Assembly: GCF_009914755.1 (NCBI RefSeq)
Contig: NC_060932.1
Length of the DNA: 64,000 bases
DNA from: the human T2T-CHM13v2.0 reference genome, Homo sapiens
Direction: 5' to 3' (one strand)
Notes under the pieces: generated by a model
Seen by the model: the letters and a program-made list of their open reading frames with translations, nothing else
Told to the model about the DNA's origin: nothing
The model's database searches: none
Shown: positions 28,321 to 42,829 of the stretch, one piece after another
Layout of the letters: each line of letters begins with the position of its first letter
Position numbering within the stretch: the stretch's first letter is position 1
Program-made: the position numbers and the translations under genes

Positions 28321-28641
28321 TTTTGTTTTGTTTGATTTGGTTTGGTTTGGTTTGGTTTGGTTTTAGACAGGGTCTGGCTCTATCACTCAGGCTGGAGTGC
28401 AGTGGTATGATCACGGCTTTCACTGCAACCTCCACCTCCCAGGCTCAAGTCATCCTTCCAACTCAGCTTCCCAAGCAGCTGAGACTACAGGCGCGTGTCA
28501 TCACAGCTGGCTAATTTTTGTATTTTGTGTAGAGACGGGGTTTCAACATGTTGCCCAGGCTGGTCTCGAACTCCTGGGCTGAAGCGATCCAACCGCCTCA
28601 ACCTCCCAAGGGATTATAGGTGTGAGCCACTGCAATTGGCC
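28321..28641 (-). mobile_element. Alu (AluJ-like) with (TTTGG)n tail
   Basis: Antisense dimer with a pentanucleotide-converted tail. Confidence 0.92.
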
Positions 28642-29024
28642 ACAAATTGTTTCTATCAAGACGGTGATATTCTCCTTTTTGGTCATGGTTGATGGTTGCC
28701 CATCAAAATGTGCCCTCCCTTTTTCCCTAACACCATGGCTGGGTGACATTTCCCATCCTTCCTGACACGTAGGTATAACCCTGGGACCAAGGTGGGCCTC
28801 AGTTGTCTCCAGTGGAAAGTTAGCAAAAGTCCTGCCTCTGCCCTGAGGCCTCCTAGGCCTGCTCACCTGGAATGCTCCCCTCAGACCACATGAGAGGGAA
28901 ATAAACATATATTTCCTTAAACAACTAAAATTATTGCTGAGTCTCTTTAAGAGACTAGCCTTATCTTAATAGAGCAGCAAGATGTCATTCCAAGTGCGAC
29001 TGGAGTTCTACGCGCGATGCTCTG

Positions 29025-29255
29025 AGAGGCTGTGTCATGTAATGATTAAGAACCCACACTCAGGGACCAGGCTGCCAGGGCTTAAATCTGGGCTCCAGCA
29101 CTTACCAGCAGCATGACCTGGGCAAGTCATTTAGACATTCGGTGCCTCCGTTTCCTCATCTGTAAAATCTCGTAGGGTTGTTATGAGGATTAAGAAAATT
29201 CTTCTATGTAAAATCTAACTGTGACTCACACAAAGGAAACACTATGATAATTTCT
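29025..29255. mobile_element. MIR
   Basis: MIR core TGACCTGGGCAAGTCATTT...GCCTCCGTTTCCTCATCTGTAAAAT. Confidence 0.8.
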
Positions 29256-32179
29256 ACATGATTCAAAAGAAGTAGGCTCATTTTTCCACAGCCACGGTTT
29301 AACAATTTTTATGGAAAAAATTAACACATCTACAGGTCAGCTCTAAAAATAAAAAGTGAATAAGAATGCAGGCTAAAATATCAAGCATTCTTTGTGCAAT
29401 AGAAATTATTAATGCTACATACAGTAAGAAGGATCTGTTTGAGAAGCTCAAAGAAATGCTTCAACTCACTGGTGTGAGCTGAAGATAGAATTTCATTTTA
29501 AACTCTTCTATTTCAGGGTTCTGTGAGTTTAGGTCAGACTTATAATCCTATTTGCACAGACTTGTTCTAATCTGAGTACACACGCACACACACTCTCATT
29601 GATTTCCAGGCCACATGTTCATTCCACATTTCAGCCCACGATTTATGCAGTTGTAGGAATAAAGTACTATTCATTCAATGCAGAGGCACGCTGCCTCTGC
29701 ATAAAAAGGTGGCTTGTTAATTCATTTCTCGAGTTTTAATACTTTCTTAGAATTTCTACCAAAAATTCTCGAACATTTTTAGGTGTGTATGACTGCACTG
29801 TGGAAAAAAATGGTAACCTTTTCCTCAACCCCCAAAAGGCGTAACTCACCCACCTTTGGCATAAGACCTTTGAGAAGGTGAAATTAAAATAAAATTGTCC
29901 TTCAAGCAGGCAGTCTGATTTCTAAGGAGCTATGGGTTACAAATATGTTACTAAACAAGTTTACTAAGGGAAAATTTTCAAAGGTTCCTACTGTTTTTTA
30001 AGCTGATATATTTCCCCAAGGAAATTATCACAAATTTCCTATTATTTCTTCTCACAAAATATTCCGTGGATAAGTCCTTAACAATATAAACCAGTTAAAT
30101 GTGACCTACTAGATACAACTAAGTGAAGACTGAAATGCACCATTGTTGTAAGGAAAGAAAGTCATGTCTTTTGAAAATTAATACATACACTCAGAAGTCT
30201 CTGAGCACATTAAACCAAAGGAATTAAATAATGGAGTTAAGAAGGACTCTCAGCTCACTCTAATACTTGCTTATTCATTTGTTTGTTTGCTTGCTTACTT
30301 GTTAAGTGATTGCGTGTATATTTGCAGACAGTGCTCACATGCAAACTAGCAACCATTCCTATGCATGGTTCCTCATTCCTCTAAGGGTAGAATTTAAGAC
30401 CAATGGGTGGAAGCTGTAAAACACTTCCAGATTGAGCCATACAGATGCAGAATGGTCTGCCTTGTGAAGTAGTGAGTTTGCTGTCCCAGGAGTATTCAAA
30501 CACAGACCGGACAACCTGGGATGCTGTACAGAGGTTTCAAGGATCAGAGGGCTAGTTAGAGTAGATACAGGTTCCTTTTAACTTAGAGAGCCTAGGACCT
30601 CATCAAGGCCAATTGAAAGGCTTTAATTCATTTCATTTTGATCTAACATTGTTTTTCTCCTGCACTTCCTGGCCCAGAAATAATCTGCCACAGAAGACAT
30701 GGAGAACATGCTACGAATGCCACAAGAATGCCCTTCCCCCTCATTTATCCTCTGCTTTGACCACACAGAGAAGGGTGGTCCCATATGACCTTGAGCCTGG
30801 AGGATTCCTGGGCTCCACAGCAGTTAGAAGGAAGAGCTGAACGGGGTCCCATGAAGAAGTTCCCATCCTCCTTTACTGGGGAACTGTCACCTTTTTGTGA
30901 GAAAGCATCATTTTTCATTTCCCCAGCACCTTCAGCTCTCAGCAAGAGAAATCAGCTCACCAGCAGAAGTAGGGTGCTGGTGTCACCTGCCATTCCATGT
31001 TCAGAGGGAGCGATCTCAGACAAAGGGTGACAGTGGAGCCCACCAGACTAGAGACCTTTACAATCTTACTGATAGCGCCCATGCAATGTTTCAAGATCCC
31101 CAATCTATAATCACGACTCTCATCTGCCTGAGTTACAGAAAAGCAGAAAGCTCATTCCTTGAGAAATGCAAAGTCAAAATCACATTAAAAGCCATCACAC
31201 TCCCTTCTTTACACTCAATGTCCCCGTTCCTAAATCAGAATGCTCAGAACCAACCAAGAGATCATGAAGACCAAGATAGAACAACACTCGGGGAATAGGA
31301 CACGTAGCTCCCTGGCTGGCTGCGGTGGGATTTGAAAATGCGGCCACTAACAGAATTTGCACACTGCAGGACTCCTAGTCAAGCTGCTAATAAAGAAATT
31401 GCTTATGCTAGGTGACTAAAAATGTTCTGTATTGTTAAACTGGTATTATGTCCATGCTGAGGTTGGAATTATGATGTTTAAGTGGCCTGCTATTCTGAAT
31501 GGACTTTTTCCAATAAAGAGAAATGTACTTAAGGATAAGCAAAAAAGTATGTAAGGTGAACCCACCGGAAGGAATAACTAGGCCATCATTCTCAGCTGCC
31601 TGCTGTCTGTCGTTGTGTGCAGAGCTACAGGGGTGATGCCCACCTCCCAGGTGACAGCCACCCCTCCCAGGTCCATCCAGTGACGGAGTTGCCTGGCTCC
31701 TGGATAGGAGCGAAATGGCCCCTGATCATCCCTCTGACTGTGTTCTTAGAGTAGAATGTCCTTTAATAAGTCCCTGGTATTTGTCAGTAACACTGAAATA
31801 GCTCTCTTGTGTTCCATCACTCTAATCATCTTGCAAACCAGACTCCAATGGCCACTGGCCAGAGCTGAAACCAGCTCTCCCTGCCCCAAGCTTGGGCAGA
31901 ACAGAATGCGTCCTCCTGCATTCTTCATGCCACGAGGACAGCTGGCAAACACCCTGGGAGGAGAGGTGGGGAACTCCTTGAAGCGTCAGAGAATGGAGAA
32001 TTAACCAGGACAGGGATCCCCACTGGAATTAGGGGGTGTGAGGCTCTGTGAAAGAAAAGGAATCATGAGCCTAAACAGCTGCTAAAGATGGCTGTTTCCT
32101 GACATATCATCTTACAACCTAAAACCTGAGAAACCTGTGATGCCACTTTTTCATAATGCAACTCCATTAGGCTCACTCA

Positions 32180-32517
<338 letters not shown>

Positions 32518-35219
32518 TATGGCTGTTTACTGACACATCATCTTACAAACTAACACCTGAGAAACTGATGCCACTTTCCCCTAATGCATCTCCATCTTGA
32601 ACACAACACCTCCAAACAACCGCAATAAAAATAAGCTCCTGAAAGAGATCTGTGGATAGAAGATGGTTGCACAACCACTTGAAGGTACTTAATGCCACCA
32701 AACTGTACACTTTAAAATAGTTGCACTATGTATATTTTACCACAATAGAAAATAATTCCATCTCAGGCTCTAATTCTTGATCAAGAAACAGCAGATACTT
32801 ACTTGCCAGCATCCTCTATAATTGTATATTGAGAACTCTTTTAAACTGTTGCCATGGTTAATAATTTAGAACATAAATTAAAATATTGAGTCAAATAATA
32901 ACCAAGCTGTCAGGCCGTGCTGCAACTCTATCTTTGGCATTTCAATTATGTATGGCATTAGAGCTTTGATCTGCATAATGAGTTGATAGCACGCAGAAAA
33001 CAAGACCATTTCTAAAAATGTGTCATTGGCCAAATGCTTTCTTACAATCAATTCTAAATCCTCCAAGTTAAGAGAATTAGGTAACGTAAGCTAAAGTTGC
33101 AATGTGAATCAATCTGGCTGTAATCAGTTCTCCCTTTTTTCTAGAAATTAGTGTGCTTAAAACGGCACGTTATCAAATAAACTAGCATAACGGTTGTGTT
33201 TCTCCTGCTGTCTTTGATGAACATTAACTAACAAGAAAAATCTGTCCTCAAAAACACTATTTTTAATTTCCTGACATGCAGAAGTTAAAGAGCTTCTTAA
33301 CAGTATTTCTACAATAAAATACATCCAATTAAAATCAATCAATGTCTACTGTGGTTAACTTTATTTATCAGCTGCCATAAAATATGCACCAGGATCAGTC
33401 GCTGTGTTCAAGGACCATCTCTTGAAAACAAGAACATGAAATTCTGACTCACCGATAGTTGACCTTTCACTTGATATTGTCTTCCCTGATCCTGAAAGTA
33501 GAATAAAAAGCAGCCATATATGTGTCTTCGTGGGACTTTCACCCCATATCACCAGCACAGCACCTGGCACATGGTAGTGGCTCGATGAGTATGTGTTAAA
33601 AAAATAAACAGGAAAACAGCATCAAGGTTTATGAGTTAAAACAACATACAGAGAAGTGAGAAGTATCCACAGACACTTTAGGCAATAGATCAAGTTGCAG
33701 AAAAGTTACATATATGGATCTTTATAAATTACGTCATTTCAAAATCCATTCCCTTGCCATATGAATCACCCTCTGTATTACTTTGCATTGCTGCATCCTA
33801 CAAAGGGCAGTTTAATTGTTGTTGTGGTTTTTTAGAATGCAAATAATTTTCTAATTTATCTATTTTGTAACTTTGATGATAATGGATATGTTGTTCTTGA
33901 TTTGTTCTTTTTAAAAGTAGAACATGTCAATGTCTCAAATTTATTTTGCAATACAAAGGGAATAAAATATAAATGGTGAAAAATGGAGTACTTATAATTT
34001 CAAAGGATTATACTACTAACTCATCCCTTTACCCTGTTATATTAGAAATGGTACAGTGCTGAAAGAGGATTTCTGAGGATTAATAAATAATTTGATAAAG
34101 AGTAGAACTTCTGGACAGAAGTGAAAAGAACAATCAGTATCAATGTAAGAAAATATTGTTTTCTGTTTCTTTTGTTTTACATAGCAGTGCTTTATATGGA
34201 AGGTATCTCAGAAATATGAGTTAAATAAGAATAAAATCCCATCCCTATATTCCAAGTTCACATTTTATAAAGCACTCTTGTCAATCTGGAACTTGCTCCT
34301 TGTGGTATGTTCACATTGCAAGATCACAGCCAAGGCCCACACTCCACCAATTATTAATGTGGAATTCTATTTAAGCATAAAAGAGATTCCATTATTGCCT
34401 ACTTCAAAAACCTATATTTTCTATTAGTAAGAATAAATCAATTCCCTATGCAGGATAACTACCAAATCAACACCATTGTCTCAAACTTTCTGAGTTAGGA
34501 GCCAGCAGCTGTGTGACATATGAAGTTTTACGCCAATATGGATTATCGCTCACCTCCTCCACAACTGCTAAGACAGAATTTTAATCAGAGGGTAACAAAG
34601 GCAATGCACAATGCACTCTGTGTGCCGAGTGGTCTATGTCCTTCTGCTGCTAAAAGAATGCCCGTGCTAAATTATGCATGCTTTTCTGTTTGCCTGAAAG
34701 ACGTCTACATGTGCACTGACCTTTCCCAAGGCAGACTAGCTAAGGTGAGAATTCTACATTTTGCTTCTGCTCATATGAGTTTTATTTGTTGTCATTAAGG
34801 CCCTTTTTTTTTCCGTATTGTACATGAAAGTAGCCAGAAGGGAACCTCTGCTGCCATCCCTGAATACTGAAAAGGAAGGAACAGCTTATCTCCAGCTTAG
34901 AATTCATGACCAAGCCCAGGAGTGCAAGCCCAAACCATAGAGGAGGCCAGAATGCACTCTAAGAAGTGTACCCAGCTGCTTCATGGCACACCAGGGAGCC
35001 AGGGCTATCTGTTCACCCCCCAACAATGAACGCTGAGGCTCCTCAATCAAGGGATGGAGAGGGACCAGGCTAGTGCCAGGCTCTGGGAATTATAACAGAA
35101 CCTGAATGGCCACTCCCCATATCACTTCCATCTCAGAATCAAGGTATGTGAATCAGAGATAAAAAATTTCAAAGTATCAGCCTCCTGTACACAACCTGAA
35201 ATCTACACCTTGTACCAAG

Positions 35220-35611
35220 TGTTAAACTGGATGAAGTTGGCCTAAATCTGCTTCAATACTTTGAATCCTTACACAGCAAACTGCCACATAACTTAAGAGA
35301 ATATTCTTGTAACAAAAAGCTGAGTCTCAGCCAATCACAGCAGCCAAGCTTCAGCCAATCACAGGCTGCCAATGAATCAGATCATAAGGTAAATGCCTCA
35401 TGATATTGCACCCAAATAAGACAAATGCCCAGCCATGACTAATCAAGCTGTGCCTATACTTCCTTTCTCTGTCCATATATATTGCCTGCGCACATTGCTG
35501 GGCTGAGCTCTCTGAACCTCTACTACTTCAAGGTGCTGCCTGGTTCATGAATTATTCTTTGCACAAATAAACTCCACTAAATTTAACTTGTCTGAAGTTT
35601 TTCTTTTAACA
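35220..35611 (+). mobile_element. ERV1 solo LTR (MER57-like)
   Basis: TG...CA termini, 4-bp TSD CAAG, repeated CAGCCAATCACAG, and AATAAA near the 3' end. Confidence 0.8.
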
Positions 35612-35719
35612 CAAGAAAGAGAAGAATTCTGAAGTACTCTTCTCTTCTTCTATTAGTGTTGACTCTTGGCTGAATGTCTGAGAGGTCACAGAAAAATCTG
35701 AGGAAGAAGAAAACACAGA

Positions 35720-38700
35720 CTTCCATTGCCAGTAATATGGCAGACCAGATAGCTGAAGAAAACCTGTACAAAATACATAAAGTTACTGAATGTCAAAACA
35801 CGCACATAATATATACATATATGTGTATATGTATATATGTGTGTATGTATATTATAAATATACATATACATTATAAATGTATATCTGAATGCACGGTTGA
35901 GATGATGGGTAAATAAGGAAAACTGTCAGAGCCCTGAAATAACAGGAAAGCATGGATCCAAACAGATAAGAAAGATCAGGTTTGATCTTGCTATCCAGGA
36001 AATCAATGGTAGTGAGCCACTTAGAAGGGACAAGGGGCAATGTCTAGGGCATATGCTGGGGCCAGAGTGCCAGAAGAGATCCCATGCACAGAACTGAGAA
36101 CCCCCAAAATGCAGCAGCCTTAGGAGGTAAATTAGAAAAATATGATTCAAGAAAGCAAGTGGAGATGCTTGCCCATCTCAGCATTGGCTCTGGGTGAAAA
36201 ATGAAAAAGAGGTGCCCTGAGAATGCCTAATATATATAAGGCCTCCTTCACACAGGTATAGGCTGAAATTGGCACTCTGGGGCCCCAAAATTTCCATATC
36301 AAAGATTTCATTTTGAAACACCTTGGAATGACAGTACTCCCAGATGCCTCCAAGAAATAAATATAAGTCCTCTCTGAACAAATACACTTTAAATATAGGC
36401 CTCAAAAAATTCTCACATTAACATTCCCACAGATAACATTCCAATGACCATAAGCTCAAATCAAAATACCACAAAATTCTCAGGAGGGAAAGCTGTCATG
36501 AGCAAGTAACAGAAAAAAAACCATGCTGCAAAATTACATGCACAAAAATTGCAGATATTGGAACTATCAAAGAAAAACTATAAAAATGTTTTATCTTTAA
36601 GTGTATGGCAAAAGACAAAGAGACTATGAAGAACTATCAGATAGACTTAAAAAAATAAAATTTTATGTATTGAAAGACAGAAGATCTGACCCTTATTTAA
36701 CAACTTTACATGAAAAATTGTTAAATATAAAAATAGTTCCAATAACTTCAATGGAGAAAAATTATAATACATTCTATCTCCATGGAAGACATCCAGACAA
36801 CCTTGACAGGTAGAATAATATGTCAATTGAACATTAAAAACAAATTCAAATCCTAAAAACAATTCAAAAGTGAACAAATATATAGCATAGAAAAAATACA
36901 AAGTACATAAAGGCTTTTTTCTTCTTTTTATACAATCAATTTTATCAATGTGTTTTATCAATTTTCAACATTTGGTAAGTTTATGGGTATTTCACATTCA
37001 ATCTGCATGTAAAAATAATATTGCAACACAGGAAAACACATTTAAGGCAAAAAAATGCTTCAAAACTTATGGAAATAGTGCGATCACAACAAACTAAAGA
37101 GATGTACAACAGCCATCTCTTCTTGTCTTTTGTTTGCAATGTGTGCACAGCAAATGTTTTAATTCATCCCAACACAAAGCAGAATTCAAATTTCCTTAGC
37201 AGGGGTCAGAAAACTATAGCCCGCTTGTTTTTATAAATAAAGTTTTATTAGAATATCATTCATTTACTTGTAGTCTATGGCTGCTTTTTTCCTATGACGA
37301 CAGACTTGAGTAGTTGTAACTTACACTGAATGGCCCACAATAGCCTAAAATATTTATTTATTATCCAGCCCTTTACAGAAAAAGTTTCTATAGGATAGTC
37401 TCTCACACACTGCTGACTATGTCTTTTCCTGAATTTCTAATGTCTAAATATCACTTCCTATAGGGTTTTATCTCATGTGCTTGGGACTGAGAAAGTCATT
37501 AGGTCCCAAAACCAAAAAAAAAAAAAATAAAACCAGGAATCATCCAAAGAGTGGCATTACTTTTCAAAAAGCCATTAACTGAACAGTTCTTACGCACAGT
37601 ATGTCTGTACGTTGACATTAGAAACCGAATAGATGGTCTACATGTTGTATTGGACATGGTTAAAAAGAGAATTTGTAAAACAGAAAATAGAGCTGAAAAA
37701 ATTACCCAGCGAACAGCACAGAGGGAGAAAAAAGATAGAAATATGAACTAGATTTAAGGAACAGAGAGGAACTCTACAGCACATCTCACTAGAGTTCCAG
37801 AAGGAAACACCAGAAACATTGGGGAAAGAGGTTATTTTCAAAGAAATAATGGCTGAGAATTTTCCAAGATTGATGAAAGACAATTATCCTTGAGTTCAGG
37901 AATCTCACAAAACTCTGAACAGGATAAAAAAAAATCCTCACTCACCACATTAAAAATAAAAGCAGAAAGGAGAGAGTAGAGATAGGAAAAACAAAGATAT
38001 TTAAAGCAGCCAGATAAAAAAGGCATGTTTCTATAAATATCAATTCAATTTAAAACTGACTTCTCAAAAGCCAGTTAAATACTATATTTTAAGTACTGAA
38101 AGTTAATAACTTCCAACCTAGAATTTTACACCTAATGAAACTATCTTTGAAAGCTTAGAATAAAATGAAGTTACTGTCAGATAAATAAAACTAGGAGAGT
38201 TTACTTCCAACAGGCCCTTACTAAAAGAACTTCTAAATAATGTATTTCGGGAAGTATATATCTCCCAGAAAGAGTCTAGGAGGCAAGAAGAAACTGTGAC
38301 TGGGAAAAAAAAATACATAAATGGGGTTAAACCCAAATGAATGCTCACCATTTAGTACAATAGCAATAATATCTAATTTGTCAATTTACAAGATAGATAA
38401 GGCAAAAATACTAAACAGGTGGGGATCACAGTTTTCTAATACTTTCTTTTAGGAAAAAGAAACATAAATATATTGATTAGTGGTTAATTGTAGACTTTGT
38501 TAAGTTACACACATACGGAAAAATTTCTAAGAGAACAACTGGAAAAACAATAGAATGTGTAACTTCCAAACCAGTAGAAGAAAAAAATTGGAAAAAGAAA
38601 AAAAAAGCACTCAATTCAAAGGAAGGAAAAGAAGGAGAGAAAATGAAACATAAAAGAAGTAGAATAAATAAGGCACATAAGTAGCAGTAATCACAATAAA

Positions 38701-38790
38701 TGTAAATGTACTAAGGCTCTAACTTAAAGACTGAGATCATCACATAGATAGTTCTAAATCTAGCTAAATGCTATTTTCACTTCAAAATAA
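35720..38790 (+). mobile_element. Degenerate old L1M 5'/ORF1-region fragments (discontinuous)
   Basis: A-rich with ORF1-like remnants, e.g. AAAGAAATAATGGCTGAGAATTTTCCAAGATTGATGAAAGAC. Confidence 0.6.
37199..37390. mobile_element. MER58A-like hAT-Charlie MITE
   Basis: CAGGGGTCAGAAAACTATAGCCC...AAATAAAGTTTTATT...CCCTTTACAGAAAAAGTTT. Confidence 0.8.
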
Positions 38791-38799
38791 AAGGATACA

Positions 38800-39665
38800 C
38801 AAAATATTATGATTCTACTTATATGAGGTACTTAGAGTGGTCAAAATCATAAAGACAGAAAGTAGAATGCCAGGGGCTAGGAGATGGATAAACACACAGT
38901 TAATTGTTTAATGGATACAGAGTTTCAGTTTGACAATATTAAAAGAGTTCTGGAGATGGGCAGTGGTGATAGTTGCATAACATGAATGTATTTATTACCA
39001 ATGAACTGTACACTTAAAAATGGTTAAGATGATAAATTTTGTTATGTGTATTTTGCAACAATAAAAAATGAAGTAGCCAGGCGCCATGGTTTGCACCTGT
39101 AATTCTCAGCTACTCGAGAGGCTGAGGCAAGAGGATCACTTGAGCCCAAGAATTCGAGGCTGCAGTGAGCTATGATCACACTACTGTACTCCTGAGTGAC
39201 AGAGCAGGATCTCATCTCCATAAAGAAAAACATATTTTTCCTAATGGGGAAATAAGAAAGCAAGACATAGAGTGGAATATTATTCTGCTTTAAAAAGAAA
39301 GAAAATTCTGACGCATGCTACAACATGGATGAACCTTGAAGACATTACAGTAAGTGAAATAAACCATTCACAAAAGGACAAATCACTATATGATTCCATG
39401 TATATGAAGTTCTTAAATTGGTCAAATTTATACAGACAGAAGGTAGAATGGTGGTTGTCAGGGGCTGGAGGATGAAGGAATGAGGAATTATAGTTAAATA
39501 GGTATGAGTTTCAGTTTGGAGAGATGAAAAAAGTTCAGGAGATGAACATTCGTGATGGTTACATAACAACGTGAATGCACTTAATGCCACTGAAATGTTC
39601 ACCTAAAAATGGTAAAAATAATGAATTTTATACTATGTATATTTTACCATGATAAAAAAATTTTA
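38800..39665 (+). mobile_element. Two L1MB-like 3' ends separated by an Alu monomer
   Basis: Repeated L1 3'UTR motifs such as ACAGAAAGTAGAATG and GAACTGTACACTTAAAAATGGTTAAG. Confidence 0.78.
39075..39232 (+). mobile_element. FRAM/AluJ right-arm monomer
   Basis: Single arm AGCCAGGCGCCATGG...GCTGCAGTGAGCTATGATCAC. Confidence 0.8.
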
Positions 39666-40469
39666 AGACACAAATACACAAAATAAAAACATAAGGAAGT
39701 TTTAAAGTTAAGGGCTGGCCACGCATCACTAAAAGCAGAACCATAAGACACTGTGCAGCGATAGGAGCAAAAATAATTATTCATATAAACTATGAATTAT
39801 TTTTGTCTGAAAAAAATGAACCTCCATTTAATTAAACCTCTAGATATAAGTAACGTTGATAGAAAATATAGAAGACACAAAACAAGTAAATGACAATACC
39901 AGGAAGAGGACTTTCAATTACAAGAGACTTCAGAGACTAAACAATCAAATGCAATGTGAGGCCCTCCTATACAACATTAATCAAACAAAAAGAGATACTT
40001 TTTGAGATAAGGACAATTTAAACATGGTCTGGGTATTCAGTAATTTTTAAAGAATGATAATTTTTAGGTATGAAAACAGCATGGTGGTTATGTACAATAA
40101 AGACCTTATCAAGTTGAAATATATATGATATTTAGGGGGTATGCTTCTATCGTGCTACTCAAGGAAAAATCTAGTAGGCCCTGTAATTTTCTGGCCACTT
40201 GTAGGTAACAGAAAGTCCTAAAGTTACTTTTAAGTCACAAAAAATAATTGTGATTCAGAAAATAGAACGTTCAAGTCAATGTATGACATTGACTCTAAAG
40301 AAGATCAAACAAACAGTAAGACTTCCTGCTGCATCCCCAGCTAGGATCTGTACAGGTAGCCTGTAGGCTTCTTCTCTCTTTTCTACCCACCTTTTAGCTG
40401 CTGTTACTCTTCTCTCTGGGTTTGAAACACATGATGAAGAAAGACCACATGACTGCCACTGCCATGAAA

Positions 40470-40912
40470 ATGCTGGCTGCCTCACTATATCCCCTTCCTC
40501 TTCACAAAAAGAATCACAGCAATAAGTTTATATTTCCTGGCTTCTCTTAGAGCTAGGCATGACCACACAAGTGAACCCTGGCTAATAAGCAAAAATGTTA
40601 GGTGGGGCATCCCAAAAGTCTCCTTAAATAGGAGGGGGCAGACCGTTCCTCTGCCCTTCCTTTCCTTCTATGCCTGGAACGTGATGTGATGGCTGGAGCT
40701 TTAGCAGCTCTCTTGCGCCATGAGCACGAGGAATCTATTCCTAGGATGTGGGAGCAGTGAAGTAGAAGACTTGTTCCTAATAACTGTGTGGAACCACCAC
40801 CCCATTCCCAAATTGCCTACTTCTTGACTTATTCTATGTAAGAAAGAAGTAAACTCCTATTTTGTGTTACCGTTGTTCTTTCATTTATATGCAGGGAAAC
40901 TTAATCCTCACT
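40470..40912. mobile_element. Old MLT1 LTR remnant
   Basis: GATGTGATGGCTGGAGCTTTAGCAGC and AAGAAAGAAGTAAACTCCTATTT. Confidence 0.55.
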
Positions 40913-42278
40913 AGTGCAAATGGCTTCACATCCTGTAGACCAGCAGATACTCAAACCAATGTTCTCTCTTTCTTATGGGTACTTTTGTAGGTTTTCCAGG
41001 GGCTCCCTGCTGGGCCCCTTTAACCAAAATCCCTGTGATGTGGATGATGCATTTAAGTCTTCTGTTTGTACTGCCCCCAACCCTACCCCTGCAGCCCCTA
41101 AAATTCACTCCACAAGCTCTCCGCTGCCTGTGCCTCCTGGGCAGAGGCCAAATTGTTCCAGCCTGGCTCTCCATCCCACCTGGGCCACATCTGGTCCACA
41201 GGAAGCACACACAAATCTCTCCAACACGCTTGGCAGCGGGGAGGCCCTATCCCAGCTGCTCCCCTTCACTCTGCCACCAAAGTGTCTCACCCGAGTCACA
41301 TGACAGCCTGCCACACTCCAAGTCCCAAGGGACACAGAGTCTGCTGTCCAGGCAGCCTCAAAGCAGCTGCTCTCTCTAGGCTTGGGGTGGGGGCAGCACC
41401 CCCACAACCCTTCCTCCAGGATGAAAGGACAGTGACGGGCGCACAGCAGAGGCTTCTTCAAATAAATCCCCTCACACATCCAGTACCAGTGTTTTACTGT
41501 ATCTTCAGAGTGAGGAGGATTTTCAAGAGCTTGAGCCTGGTGTTTGGATATTTCATTTGAAAAATTCCACTGGGGTCTTTCTTGCAACTTATTTTAGTAA
41601 CTGTTATATAATATATCTTGAAGGGTTAGTCAAATTTTCCCATTCAACAGCCTGTTGAACTGGAACAAAAACAAATTATTTGTGGATGCACATTTCTGGT
41701 AAAGCTTGAAAGAAAAGGAAGGAAATAGTTAACAATATTTGAAAAAGCAGTTACCCCTGGGGTGAGGGAGTGGGAGGTAGGAAGGAAATATGACCAGGAA
41801 GCACATGTGAAGGGTTTCAAAGGAATGTTCTAGATGCTTATGGATAGTTATTTGCTTTATTATCATAAGTTAAAATGGATGCACATGTTACATACCCACA
41901 TATGTATTCACAATTTATAAATTTAAAACTAAGCAAAAGAAGAGACACAAGATAATATCTAAACTCCATAGCAAAGCAACTTGGAAATAAGATCACACTC
42001 TGAGAATGAGGTCATGAACTCAACAAAATGGAGGAAGCAAGTCAAAAACTGACTTTTGTGCGTAGGTTGAAGGATTTCCTCCAAGACTGGGGTGTTGTTC
42101 TTAGACAATTCTACAGTGGCAGTCCAGTGGCACAGACAATGCCCATAACCTATCTAATCTACTTTAATCATCTGCATGGATAGATCAGAGAAAACCATCA
42201 CAGAGTTGGTCACTGGTACTCCAGAGCTCCCTATAGTAGGAAAAGTCTGCAAGCCCTCAGAGGTGAAAAGGGAGTCTT

Positions 42279-42577
<299 letters not shown>

Positions 42578-42829
42578 GGGAGTCTTAGCCAAAAGAGTCG
42601 GGGAGCTGATCCTGCTGGCAGTCTACTCGGCTAGACCAAGGCTCCATGAACTATAGGGACATTTAATAAAGGCTTCTGAATTCTTTTCACATTACTTCAG
42701 TAATTGCCAAAGCAACTTTCTAATTATGATCTGGCTTCTTACTTAAGGAACTTGTCTACAGGAAAAGAAACGGCTGATCATATGGATTTTATTCTTGTTA
42801 TTAAGGTAATGCTAGCTTTATTATAATTA

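Noticed and set aside
31560-32000. Unique, GC-richer block with a possible donor CCG|GTGGGT
   Set aside because: Weak donor and no clear acceptor or promoter; cannot support an exon call.
34554-34693. Possible minus-strand cryptic exon (TTTCAG|...GAG|GTGAGC)
   Set aside because: Very short pyrimidine tract and no other support.
40914-41587. Cluster of 94-160 aa ORFs on both strands
   Set aside because: No recognisable protein similarity or exon signals; locally C-rich sequence.
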